Below are positions 33,924-47,578 of a stretch of 64,000 nucleotides of DNA, piece after piece. The DNA comes from Antedon mediterranea (Eukaryota; Animalia; Echinodermata): assembly GCF_964355755.1 (NCBI RefSeq), contig NC_092674.1, forward strand, positions 21,948,001 to 22,012,000, in the 5' to 3' direction. The first letter of the stretch is position 1. The number at the start of each line of letters is the position of its first letter. The position numbers and the translations under genes are program-made. Under the pieces are notes generated by a model that was not told the origin of the DNA, did no database searches, and saw only the letters and a list, made by a program, of their open reading frames with translations.

Positions 33924-36900
33924 GTAAAATCAATATTTGCATCAGCATGTCTTATCACCTTGAGTATATTTTATGCCTTCGATCTCAGAAAGGCAATTTC
34001 TGAGCCCAGTTTATTTTTATCTAATACATTTTATCCGTCACAAGGTCGACAGAATGAACCAAATGAAACAGCCATATTATCTATATCTACCTTCACTCTA
34101 TCTTCTACCGTTACGTTACCAACTCTTATGGGGTCGAGTTTATCGTCAAAGGCATCCATTTCGTCACCAATATCGCAGCGAAATCAAGATGGAAAACGTA
34201 TCTTGGATTTAGATATTTCTGATAGCTTAAAAAAGTGTATTGGAAACGAGGTATGTTTATATAGTACCGATTTTATTTCTACGTTTGTTTAACTGCAAAT
34301 AACGCTTTACAGATCGGTATAGACGTAAATATAACAAACGTATCTTAATATTGTAGTAGGTAATTGTAGTATTATATAATACGCTCCTAAATTTAAATTA
34401 ATGAAATCTCTTAACTTTGGTATAAGTATAATTATGTTTTATTGAGGGATATCAATGTAACTTGTAGATTTCAATTATTGTTATTATAGGTTCTTGAATC
34501 AGTACCCCAGGTATTCAATTCGACATTCAAGAATCCATGTTGGATAAACGATCAAAATAATCTTCGATGCCTCCCTTATTTTTATCTTGCTGGGACGCCG
34601 AAATCTGGAACGTCAGACTTGCTTAGTAAAATAAATTCGCACCCAGACGTCATGCCGACTACCAAAGAATTACAGTGGTGGACTAGAGTCCGATTTAGTA
34701 AGTAATTACCTTGAAGTCTTTTTTGTCTTATATCTTCGTTTTGAGAAGTAAAACAGTTATTTTTTTATATCGTTTTTCCTTAGAATATCGTTCTTTAGCA
34801 TGGTATTTGAATAAGCAATATTCATTAGTTCAGGAATTAACCAATGGAAATCAATATACAGCCGAACATTTCGTTATAGGTAGGTAGCAATTAAACATTT
34901 TTTTGCCAGCGTTTTTACTGTACAATGGTTAATGAATTTGCCAAATTGATTTACGAAAACTTAATTTATTTTATTTTATTTCAACTTTATTTACAGACGT
35001 TAACTCTTCCAGCCGAACCACCCACGGCTGATATTCAGGAGGCCCCTTTTAAACCAATGTAGTTGTAAACATATTGTTTTTAAAATGAAATTAATATTTG
35101 TTCTCCGAAATTTAGAATATAAAAATAAATAAATAAGATAATGCAAAAGTCCACCTTAAATGTCATATACTTGTTTAAAGTGTAGACCAACGTAGACGCT
35201 CTTATAAAGTTTCAATTAAACGTTAAATGAAAACCTTTTTTATTTCATTATTGTAAGTTTCAGCAACGATGACAACCTTATTATTCGCATCTGACAAATT
35301 CCATTAAAAAGTGGTAATACTTTGCTCAATGAATGTATAAACCATCGTCAATTTGGAAAGACTAGTCATCTTCTTAAGAATTCGTTGTCTTATTTTACTT
35401 TAAGTATTGTTCAGTAAAGTAAATACATTATATGCCTATATTGATTCGTTTCACTTTGATGTTATTTATTCTTAAATTTATTATTCTTATAATTATGCTG
35501 TCTGGACCCCTCCTAAAGATTTGCTTTGTTTAATGGTATTATTATAGGATTTGAAAGTTTATTTAAGGAATATATTTATTTTGTAATTGAATTGAATCAG
35601 AAATCAATTAGTTTTTTTTCTTCTAATAGGCGATGGTTCAGCTTCGACATTGTGGGATAATTATCATTTCGCAGAAAAATTCGGTAGTCTTGAACATTTA
35701 GGCTGTGACGTTTTACGAGTTGTACAACCAGATGTTAAAATTATTGGTATATTTAGAAATCCTGCGGACAGGTACTTTAATTTAATTATTTATACTAGTA
35801 CAGTGGGACTACATGTAATTTTGGTCTAAACAATTACCTAGAAACTAACAACAAATGTTAGAGAATCTAATGTGTTAATAATGTTTTTATTTTTTTAGAA
35901 TTGCTATTCAAGTTGTAAAACTACACATTTAAAATTAGAAAAACTTAAAATAGAAACATCTGCAATTATAAGTAACTTCAGATAAACTCTAATGAGAGAA
36001 CTTTATGATTTAGGCCTACAAGGTGATTTGAATAGTCATCACACTAATTATTTGTTTCTATTTTTTTCTTACAAGATTATATTCAGGTTATAAATTCTTC
36101 AAGCGGAGAAATAAAAAGTCACCAGAGGAGTTTCATTCGGGCGTTTTAAGTTCCATCAAGACATTCAACGAATGTCTTAAGAATAATGACAACAAAACAT
36201 GTACATATACATACCGTGGAGAACTGGTATATAACATTTATTTTGTTTATTTATTTAAGTTTAGAGGATGGGATAGGTCACAAGTAAGCGTCATGATAGG
36301 ACCGCTATAATAAAGAAGAAATTATCCTACACTGTCTACTGTAAACCAAATCAAAATATAATCGCTATATGAAAATTTAAAAAAACGACGAGCAACGGAA
36401 ATGTAAACAATTTAATAACAACAGGATATTATATTGATGTTGTTATTTTCTGTATTATTATGTATAGAGACTCAATGTTGGTGTTTACAATATATTTGTT
36501 CGTGATTGGATAAAATGCTTTCCTCGTCATCAAATGTACTTTCTCAGAACCGATGAGTGGAGAAATTGTACATCAGAACTCCCAAAGATATATCATTTCC
36601 TAGAACTTAGTAAGTAGTTGTTGGATTATCATTTTGTAAATTATTTTGAGCTATTTAAAACTATGTACAGTATACATAAATTAGACTAATAAGAAACATT
36701 TATTTAATAAGATTCATTTTTTGTCAAAGTGAATAACTATTATCTGACATTATTATGAAAATAAATTAAACCAATATGTTTTTCAGGTTAAAAACTTATC
36801 TTTGAAATTACATTTTTTTTACACAGATCCTCTGTCAGACGATCAAATTTTGTCGATATGTAGTGAACAACAAAGGAATACGAATGCTGCCAAGAAAGTC

Positions 36901-37008
36901 GGCCCCATGTTGTCAAAAACACGTTTACTATTGAATGAATTTTATAGACCTTTTATGGAAGACCTAGCCGAGGTACTTGGAGACACAAGATATTCTTGGA
37001 ATTTATAA
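33924..37008 (+). CDS. Carbohydrate sulfotransferase 15 (GalNAc4S-6ST)-like, paralog 1; first coding exon not located
   Basis: Exons 33924-34250, 34490-34697, 34784-34879, 35630-35771, 36076-36226, 36468-36609 and 36827-37008. N-terminal TM segment; KNPCW..LRCLPYFYLAGTPKSGTSDL (5'-PSB), KELQWW, GDGSASTLWDN, IFRNPADRLYSGY (3'-PB), GPMLSKTRLLLNEFYRPF. Confidence 0.9.
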
Positions 37009-37614
37009 AAATACAGCATTAACAACAATTTTGGCATACAACAAAGAATAATAACCGATCGACAAAATGTGTTAATCGATGATTAACGTCTGTCACAATA
37101 TATCAATTAACCGCTATCTCCAATGGTTGCTGTGCTATGCTCATTTACTTTATTTTGTAAAGTTTTCATTCATTCATTATCATTTTCAATGTGTTTAATA
37201 ATGTATGTCTTTTTGTAATCGATTATTTGAAAAATGATCAATTCAAATATAGGTCAAAACAAACCGAGAGTGAAATAAATATAAACTAATATTATTGTTG
37301 TTTTATTTAAAAACTTGGATAATTAATTATTCATGCTTATAATGATTATGCAATCGTCCCGGTCTAGGTATGTTATTGCTGTTATTCTATCAGAAGAAGA
37401 ACGGCATACAACTACTAAATACACAAAAGAGACAAGTACAAAATAGTAGAGAAGGTTATTGGAATTATTTTATTTATTCAAGTATATAAAAAAACATTAC
37501 AAAAAGCAGAACAAGTCTGAAATTATTACATTACAGAAAAAAATACAGAAAAATTTACAATATGCATAAAAAATAAATAAACTGTACATTAATCATCAAA
37601 ATTTATCCAGTAGA

Positions 37615-38050
37615 ACAATATTGCAATGTCATGAAAAAATAGATAATTTCTTCATTAATTTTATCAGTACAAAGTATCATTAATTAGGTTCACTAGTATT
37701 TTAAATATATTTATCAAGGTTTTAATTTATTTTTAGCAATATATACAATAGTATTAATATAAATGTATTTATTTATTTACTTATAAGAATCCTATATAAC
37801 ATGCAGAATGTCCATCATGAAAAACAAATATTTATCAACAATATGGCAATGTCATAAAAAATAGATCATTTTTCATTCATTTTATCAGTACAAAGTATCA
37901 TTGATTAGGTTCACTAGTATTTTAAATATATTAATCAAGGTTTTAATTTATTTTTAGCAATATACAATAGTATTAATTTAAATGTATTTATTTATTTACT
38001 TATAAGAATCCTATATAAAATGCAGAATGTCCATCACGAAAAACAAATAA
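37615..38050 (+). repeat. ~225-bp tandem duplication
   Basis: caata..gcaatgtcat..ttatcagtacaaagtatcatt..aagaatcctatataa..tgcagaatgtccatca occurs twice. Confidence 0.85.
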
Positions 38051-38596
38051 ACATCAAAAAGTTATTTAAAATATGAAAAAAAAAACAGCACATTTTATTG
38101 AGAGTTAAGCAGATCAACAATATAAGGTACAGCAGACCATTTATATCTGTCGGTTTTACATTTAGGCACTTCAAGATTTCCACCATTGGATCTAAGGTTT
38201 AATTTTCGCTTGGAGGGAGCATATCCCTGTGCAAAGCCATATTTAATCTAGGGTAAAGAATAAGACAGAAAATGTTAGTACATTACTAGAATTTCAGTCA
38301 AGATTAACACGTGGATTGAATTTCTATCAGTGGTGCATTGTAAGTGCTTTAAAACTAAATCCTATCAAGCTGCTTTCATCGGATAATTAATAATAATAAT
38401 TGATTTTCCACGTAAAATTGAATGTACGCCTAACGCCTAAAACAATACCATGATTTGACTAGGCAGTCTATTGCAATTCATTTTCTACTATATTAGCTGA
38501 AAAACAATTTCTGACATATTGGTGATAATATAAATAATGTAGGCCTTTATTATTTTAGATAGGCCTACTTATTCGTTCTATTATGATTGTTATATT

Positions 38597-40030
38597 AATA
38601 ATAATAATAAATAACATTTATAAAGCGCAAGAGACAAAGGTTTCAAAGCGCTGTGTTTTCCAAGATCAGTGCAAGTAGTAGCGTGCGATTATGCTTCTCT
38701 GAAGAGATGAGTTTTGAGTTTAGTTTTAAATGTGATAACAGATTTTGATGAGCGTATTTCGAGTGGTAGAGTGTTCCAGAGTTTTGGGGCTGCGACAGCG
38801 AAAGCACGATCACCGTAAAACCGAGTTCTGGAACGGGGTCCAGGTTTTAGAAGAAGTCTGCTGGATGAACGAAGCGAAGAGTTGGTTGACGGAGTAATGA
38901 TGTCACATATGTAGGCTGGAGCACATCCGTTGATGGCCTTATATGTCAGCAACAGGATTTTAAAACGAATGCGCTGATCAACAGGCAACCAGTGTAAGTC
39001 ACGTAAAACGGGAGAAATATGTTCATGTCGTTTAGTGCCAGTGATAAGTCTTGCGGCGGAATTTTGGATTCGTTGAAGAGGAGATAGATAAGAAGTTGGT
39101 AGGCCGTACAGAAGCGAGTTATTACAGTCCAGACGAGATGAAACAAAAGCATGAACAAGACGTTCAGTTGATGTTTTGTCAAGGTACTTACGAATCTGGC
39201 CGATCTGGTAAATTCCAAAGGAAGCACCACGGCAAACATTACGAATGTGTTCTTTTAAACCGAGGCTGTTGTCTAGTTGGACGCCTAGATTTCTGGCTGA
39301 GCTGGAGGTAGAGACACTAGTATCTCCGATATGGACCAAAGGAAATGATGATGCCTCACGGAACTTTGAATGAAAATGGATCATTTCAGTCTTGGAGTCG
39401 TTGAGCATGAGTTTATTTTGAATGGCCCATGAGCGAACATCTGCAATGCATGATTCAAGGCTGTTAACAGATTCAGAGTGATGTGTAGCTTTCATGATTA
39501 AATATAGTTGAGTGTCATCTGCATAGATCATATGACGAACTTCCGGGTGGGAATCAATGATGTTGCTGAGTGGTCCAGTGTATAAGATGAAATCGAGTGG
39601 ACCTTTTACGGATCCCTGTGGTACACCCCAGGGTAGAGCGAACTCATCAGACATCGAATCACCCACAATGATTGCTTGTCTACGATTCTCAAAATATGAA
39701 ATAAACCATTTCAATGCGGTTCCGCTTATGCCGTATCTTTTATGAAGACGTTGAAATAATAAATCATGATTGATAGTGTCAAATGCTGCGGAGTAGTCGA
39801 GTAGAATAAGTACCGCTTCATTACCTTTGTCTAAAGCAAGTAGTAGATCGTTTGTAACACGTAATAAAGCGGTTTCAGTTGAGTGGAAGCGGCGGTAGGC
39901 TGATTGGACTCTTGAAAACAGGAAATGTTCATCCATATATGCTTTTATCTGAGCAGTTGCAATTCTTTCCAAGACTTTGAAAAGGAAGGGAAGATTTGCT
40001 ATTGATTCGCGAAATTGATTAATTTCGCGA
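38597..40030 (-). mobile_element. 5'-truncated L2-group LINE with uninterrupted RT domain
   Basis: ORF 38689-40041 (450 aa): QSAYRRFHSTETAL, LDYSAAFDTI, GVPQGSV.GP, YADD, LHWLPV, GDRAFAVAAPKLWN. Tail gcgctttataaatg(tta)n. Confidence 0.95.
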
Positions 40031-40597
40031 TGACAAACCACCTAATGTAATGTTTATGATAATCATTTTAAACAATCATTAAACAAGAATCAATGAACAA
40101 AAATGAATGAATTGTAGAATATTGTGAAATATTAAATGAAGTACGTAATGTACAAACAATTATCTAAGTATTTTCACCTATACTATTACACGCCCAATCA
40201 GACGTCGGGAAGCTGTGATGTAATGTATCCCTTTCTAGTTACAGCCTGCTGCCAGAACGGTGCCTTAGATTGATTTAATTTTATTTTCTATATTTTCATC
40301 TGATTTTAAATAAAAGATGACAAGCACTCATAAATAAACTATTTTTTGTATGTACAGTACATTCTTCCTGTGTAGCCCAGAAGCACCCGATAAAAACGGA
40401 AACAACTAAACAATATTGAACTTGCTTCGATTCAAATGACAATAGTCTATTATTAAACTTGTGAAATCAGTGAATTATCCTACATTACAGGTGTTTTCAT
40501 CTCATTGCTCTCACGAATATAGATTGACTGTTAAGCTTATAATACACTAGTATAGATCTATGTGTGGTGACAAGTTTATGGCGGATATTAGTTAAAC

Positions 40598-43500
40598 ATG
40601 CAGAATAAGGTAAGACTTATTTAAAATCATTTTATGTGTATGACGTAGAATAGCAAGACATTATATTGCAGTTGTGTTAGTATTAATTTTTCTGATCGAA
40701 TTAACTGGATGAGTAAACATAAATATAATAAACCTCTTCGTAAATCTAAAAAAATAACTTTTTCCAAATTGTATTATGTTTCTATAGTTAAAGAACAACA
40801 ACAGATAAAGCTATACATTACGTATTATTATAATACCTTGTTTTCACATTGATTATATTTTGTAGAGTTAATACTGAATTTCTATCCTGCTGTGTTATTT
40901 GTTGTTTTAATTCAGCAGACTGGTACATAATCCTGTCATAAAAAGTCTTACAATTCACACCCGTAATAATTGTAGTGATAAATACAAATGTAGATTAAAA
41001 CAATTGATGCTATTATGTATTTTGATATTTGAACAGGGGAAGTCTTTATTTGTTTCCTGTGTCATCTTTGCTTTTGTATTACTGTATATGATAGACATCA
41101 AAGTTGAACTAAAACCGACTGGACCAGAATTAAGTTTCTCCCAAAGACTTATATACTCACCGTCAATACTCAATCTGAAAAATCTATCAAATTCAAGCAT
41201 TCCGGTTTATGCGTCACATTCTCCTACGTCTCTAAATGATGGAATATCGTTTCATACCGATTATCAGCGAGTTAAAGGAAGATTTCTCTCTGAATTAAAC
41301 ATTCCACAGGGTCTGCGTAAACTCACTGGAGAGGATGTAAGTATGCATCATAATTGACGTTTAGTGTTTACGAAATGTCATCATTTGAACACACGTTATA
41401 AAATAATGCAAAAAGACTCGCTCCTAATTCTGGTGGTGGAACAAGTCTTCGCGGATAAAGACTATAAACCGTAGGTCCAGTTTACCGAGTTTATTCGTGT
41501 GTACTTTAAATGACCCAGTTCATTTTCATTCGGGATGAGTGGAGGGTTACCTCGGTGAACTGGTTCACAAAATAGCTTCTGTGTTTGTGGATTACCATTT
41601 ATCTGATATGTATGTTTGTATTTACTTGTTTTTATTTACTATTGGTAATCCTTGGCGATATGCTCCTAAATTAAAGATATGAAATAATATTCCATGTATT
41701 TTTGTAGGTACTGAAATCGACACCCCAAGTGTTTGATTCACGATACAAGAGCCCGTGCTGGATTAACGATAAACATATACTTCGTTGCCTTCCATATTGT
41801 TTCTCTGCTGGAATACCAAAATCCGCAACAACGGATATGAATAGTAAAATAGTTAGTCATCCTGACATTGTTGATGGCAGAGGAGAGCATTGGTGGACCA
41901 GAAACCGTTATAGTAAGTTCTAAAAAATGTATAGTATTAACTGTACTGTCGTTGTATTAGCTATACTGTCGTAGTAATAGACTTTCAAATATAGGCTACT
42001 AAAATTAGGGATAGACCTGTTCATAAAAAAGATTTCGAATATGTTATAATGTAGTGCATGTTTATTAGAAAGAATGTGATAGGTATATTAATCTAAACAA
42101 AATAACATTTCAAACGAGAAAACTTGTTAAACTTATTTCTATATCTTTTAAAACGTATCTTAAAGGATAGTATGTAATGTATGCTGTGACTAAAATAAAA
42201 TAACAAAAAATAATAACAAGAATAAATATAGAACATGTAACACTATGATATTTTCACAATTTAGGTACCGTCCGTAATCTGAATCTGAAGTCCCACTATT
42301 TACAGTAGTAGACATATTACTGAACATTTTTATTTTTTAATAATAATGAATTATATAATTGTTGGTCTACTGTATATAATTATTTGGATTTTATCGTAAA
42401 TACTTATTTTTTTTTCTACTAAATGTGTAGAATCTTTTGGAATGATCAGATTTTCTGACTTCTTGAGTTATACTATCTTGGTCGATTTTGTTTTATAATG
42501 TTTGTTTGGCTGGCCGAGTGATTAGGACCTTGACTGTCATATAAAGAGACCTTGTCCGAAATAGCACGACCACTCTTCGTTTTTGTGTAAATGATCATAA
42601 GAGATAACATAGATTTTATATTTTTTATTACGGTTACCGCTCGTTTGTATGATTGGCATTTAAGGCTTATATACTTGAATAATGATGTAACTAAAAACCT
42701 GTATTTTTTTTCCTTATTGAATTCAGATGGTTATAAAAATATCTGGGCTACAGAAAGGAAAGGTAATTTCAATTCAATTCAATTCACTTTTATTTCAGAA
42801 CAAAGTCAATATCATAACACATAAGAATATTCTAATAAATAAATGTAAATAAGTAAAACATCTATACCATATGTCGCACATAATAATGCCGTCGGAAAAC
42901 CGTCGGTTTTCAACTGGAGTGAAATAACATTATAATGGCTATACTGATACAAGTTAACATACGTAAAAGTATACATGACATTATGTATACAGAAGTTCAA
43001 TCCATTTTCTGTCCAACTTGCATTGCACCTGTTGCAGGATTTAGCTTTTTTATTATTTATGTTTTAGTTTTTTAGGCTAGTTAGGGACGTAGGGGGACAC
43101 AACTAATCAAGCTCTTTTGAGTTTTTATGTGTTTCCTTTTCATCTTTTTTATGTTCTCATATATTGTTGTTGTATATTTTCATGATTGAGGATGAATAAA
43201 GAATATTTGAATTTGTGAAAAAAAAAAAAAAAAAAAAAAAAAACTTTGAATCTTTTAGAATTCGAGACAAAACACATGTTATTAAAGTATTACAGCTTTT
43301 TTCAATTTTTTGTTTTGAAACAAAAAATATATTTCCGAATGTACTCATAGAAGGAGGGAACATGGTTATCAACAAACTTAACTTAAGTCCCATTTATTTG
43401 TCATTTTTATACATTTTGCGTCCATTGTACGTCCATTTATCTGTGGCTGGAAAACACGATCAATTCCGCTCCCCCTGAGAAACACAGTGCCGCGGAGAAT

Positions 43501-46500
43501 ATGTACATAGTACAGTAGGCCTCTGTTGGTATTTGTTGCAGTCAGACATAAGATCAATGGACTATTACGTGTTCTTGACAAGGCGAGCTCAGTGCGCTGT
43601 TGTTATATTGCCTTGGTTATCCTCACTAGTATTGTAATTTATTCTAGGATCGGTTGCATTCGAAAGATATTTGAATGGATTTGGTTTGTTAGCAAACAAG
43701 TTACATATAGGACTTTCGGACTTAGCTGCTCATCTTATTTCAGGTACCGCTTTATTATTTACGTTATACAAATAATGAATGTTTATGAGCTGAATGGTGA
43801 GAATATTTTATGGGTTGAAAATTGACGAGTTTTAACGAGTCGGAGCCGAGTTTAAATTAAATAGAGCAGTCAATTTTTCATCGAATACTTCAACGAATAC
43901 AAAACATTCATTATTTGTTTGTAACACACCTATACCTTTTTTCAATGTATCCATCGTAAATCATTGACGAATGCTAGGCCTTTCAAAACAGCAGTTCTCT
44001 AACTTTGAACACGAAATAGAACAGGTATAGCGGCAAGCACGCACAACCAGTTGATTTTCAAAATATAAAATAAATATGTTTACAAACGTGCATTATTAAT
44101 TATAACCATTATTAGATACAACTTTCGCTAATTCCAAATGACACGTGATACGTAATTAACCAATCACATTGCAAGAATACAATCAGGTGTGTTGACTTAT
44201 ATTTGTGATCTTCTAATATTTGACTGAATTTTTTTTATAAACACTCAACTTGTCATCTGTTTGAAGTGCACAGGAAATTAATAATTTACAATTATAATGA
44301 TTAATATAGTAGATAGATCAACTTCGCTGCTCTGGGACAATCATATTTTAGATGGTGTTGATGGTGGTCCAGAATATACACATGCTGATGTCATTCGACT
44401 TGTACAACCAAACGCAAAGATAATCGCTATTTTCAGAAATCCATCCGAAAGGTATTTAATCTGGCTTTGTCTACACTGTCAAACTTTATATGACAAATAA
44501 CGTGATGGGCTGCCATATTTGAGCATATCACTACCATCTTTGGGCATATCACACTTTTTTGTCAAATTTATTTTGATAGTGTAGGCCTAGAAGAGCTTTA
44601 AATATCAAAAACGATACGTGCCTATATCTATACCGTATTTATTTGAATTAACGGCCCACCACATGCATACACACATTTTAATTTTAGTAGAATTCATTGA
44701 CTGCCATGATCTACAATTTACAAGTATTTTGATAACAATTGCTTTTGCAATCTGTATTTTATCACTTCTTGCATTGTTTAAAAATCTATTTAGGCATTGA
44801 TGTATACATGTTACTATTACACATAAAATAAACGCTTGCATCGAATAAACTATAAATATACATAACAAATATCTTGCTGAACAATAAACACCCCCAGGGC
44901 CTTTATTGTAAGACCTCAGACATACTTTATTAATCACAAACTCGCCGTCAAAAGTAAGTAACTTAATCCGCTAAACATTTTGTTTACATATTTTTAAAAA
45001 AGTAAATAGTATTTCTATATACATAAGTTGGACTATATTAATTTCATAATTTCATTATATGTTATTTGTATTTAATTTGTGTTTAATTTGTTAACAGATT
45101 ATACTCGGATTATAAATATTTTAAACAGATGCAACATAAATCACCTGATTTATTCCATAAAAAAGTAGTGAACTCATTAAGGATATTTAATAATTGTCTA
45201 AAAGACCACGATATAAGGAAATGTACATATACATACAAGGGTGATGTGGTGAGTACAAGCTAGGCAATCTAACAACAGGACACTGCGCTCGCCTTGCCTA
45301 GATAGGAACATTCCTTTGATCTTATGTCTGGCTGCGACAGATACAAACAGTACTGTACTATGGTGGCGCGTGTTGTATATTAAGGGGCGTGGAACTAATC
45401 GTGTCGCAGCCACATATAAAACTTTTGAACTCCGGAGCTCAGCATCCTGGTGTTAGATTGCATTAGTACAAGTATATCTTCCATAATACGTTTAGTTTTC
45501 TCCTTCTAAAGTTTCGTTTCCACTAGGACGCAACGAAAGGCAGTTAGCAGCGAGAGATTATTTAAACTGTCGCTTTTGGTTGGTCAATTCGCTTGCTTTG
45601 CGTCCTAGTGAGAAAGAAGCGTTACGAGTACAGCAACCAGTAACATTCAGTAACACCTTTAATCACGCCTCGGTTAACAGTGATTACAGGCAACATATTC
45701 GAATGTTTTGAGCAAACGTGAAAACATCAGCAGAGATTCTGGTGATTTATGAAAAAATCAGTCTGTCCGCCGATTCTTAAGTATTAAGCATTTTTAAAGA
45801 TTGAGTAGCTCTGTTCACAGACAAGTTTAGTAAGTCTTTGTGAAACATATATCTCTCTGTCAATCTTACAGCTATCTGTACATGTTTATTTTCAGAGACT
45901 TCATATTGGAAATTACAATATATTTGTTCGTGAATGGATGAGAGCTTTTCCACGTAATCAATTGCATTTTCTCCGCACTGATGAATGGAAGAATTGCGCA
46001 GTAGAATTACCGAAAATATATGATTTCCTCAATATTAGTAAGTCTATGATGATCACCAGAACCTGGGTTTACTTCAATGACTAAAGATTCTGCTTTGTCT
46101 CCACTACCAAACTATATGTGACAACAACGATGATGACATATCACTATCATATTCTGCACATCACATGTAAAACTAGTTTGATAGTGTAGATAGAGCATTA
46201 TAGTTATCATAATGTTGCATGAGAAGGAAACATTAAAAGCGATGTATCAAAAGAAATAGTAGTACATTATGGTGCATTCATTGGCCAAACTTTCTTGCGT
46301 TGCGCTCTAGTGGGAACCAAGCTTTAAACTCCATGTTATTCACAATCTTCCAATCAATGACAAGAATCTATTTTCGTGTTTTGCAATATCATTTGTGTAC
46401 CTTCCAATATCAAATTGGTATATATTAAATGAGTATAAATAATATGTTGATAAATATTTATGTCTTTTGTAACTAGTTTCTTTTTAATTTAGGAGTTTTG

Positions 46501-46674
46501 AATGCCAGTGAACTTACATCAATCTGTAATGGCAAATTAAAGAATGTGAACACATCTTCGAAAAAGCTTGGCCCAATGCTTACAGAAACTCGTATTTTAT
46601 TGGACGATTTCTACAGACCTTTTTTGAAAGACTTAGCCAACATATTAGAAGATGATCGTTACACGTGGAACTAA
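40598..46674 (+). CDS. Carbohydrate sulfotransferase 15-like, paralog 2
   Basis: Exons 40598-40609 (MQNK, tentative), 41037-41336, 41708-41912, [42727-42762 tentative microexon], 43648-43743, 44310-44451, 45098-45248, 45896-46037 and 46493-46674. The last five exons have the same lengths as in paralog 1 (96, 142, 151, 142, 182). Motifs LRCLPYCFSAGIPKSATTDM and IFRNPSERLYSDY. Confidence 0.9.
43438..43626 (+). repeat. Dispersed repeat; inverted copy at 45249-45417
   Basis: tgtggctg..acacgat..gcag.cagacataagatcaa.gga..caaggcgagc.cagtg..ctgttgtta.attgcct is shared with the reverse complement of 45249-45417. Confidence 0.75.
43768..44196. mobile_element. Long-hairpin element (relative of 59353-59643)
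   Basis: acaaataatgaatgttt...aaacattcattatttgt hairpin (43768-43918) with a gag.cggagccgag apex; short inverted repeat aacacacct / aggtgtgtt. Confidence 0.65.
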
Positions 46675-47578
46675 CGAACTTAAAGGATGCAACTACGTCA
46701 ACTAAAAATCTAGTGCGTTAAGGAATACGTATTTCATTGGACGACTCCTAGGTACCCTTTTCGAAAGATTTAGCCTACATGCTTACACTTCACCAGGCGA
46801 TGGATACAAACGGATATATGCCTACATTTTATGACGAGCAATTAGTATTAGACATGTACTCCGAACACAGTTTAACCAGACATAGAAGTTGAATTAAAAA
46901 TATTGCCACCTCAGACTAAACAGAGTAATGATTTTAATGCATAGTAGCTGTTGAAAAGGAATTTCTCAAAAGGCAATAAACCGCAAATAATATTTGAAAG
47001 ATTATATTCAGTTATTATCATCGTATTTTTGTCGTGCTTCTGACAATAATTTTTTGCCTATAATACAATAAACAGTTTCGACAAGAGGTTACATTTGTCG
47101 CCGACCTTACACAATGAGGTCTATAATGCTGAAGAATTGGGTACCTTGCAAGCAGTGGAAAAACAAGAGGGAATTAGAGGGAATGTGTATCTCAAAGGTG
47201 TCTCGTTCTATTGAATTCCTAAAACGACTCGAGGAGCGATAGTAGCATGTATTATTTACAAGTTCACATGTATTCTGTCCTTAAAAATTGGAGTAGTTGT
47301 TCAAGAAACCTCGCCATGGGGACCAGCAAAGCTGAGAGCTATGTTAGACCTATTATTTTAGTTAATTTTTCATGAATTTAAATAAAACGCAGTTTCCTTA
47401 AATTTTATTTTCATCATCAGTGTATGCCTATAATCATTACCAATTATGAATATTTAGAAATAAAGATAGTTCTGACGTAGTATGCTGAATAATTATAGAT
47501 CCATTTTCTTTATTTTCTTTGCGTTGAATAACTGTGTATACGCATACAGTACACTTGTCATTGGTCTTTATACCGTAC

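Noticed and set aside
42431-42498. Possible exon KSFGMIRFSDF in sulfotransferase paralog 2
   Set aside because: No phase-compatible donor before the stop; the true homologous 96-nt exon is 43648-43743.
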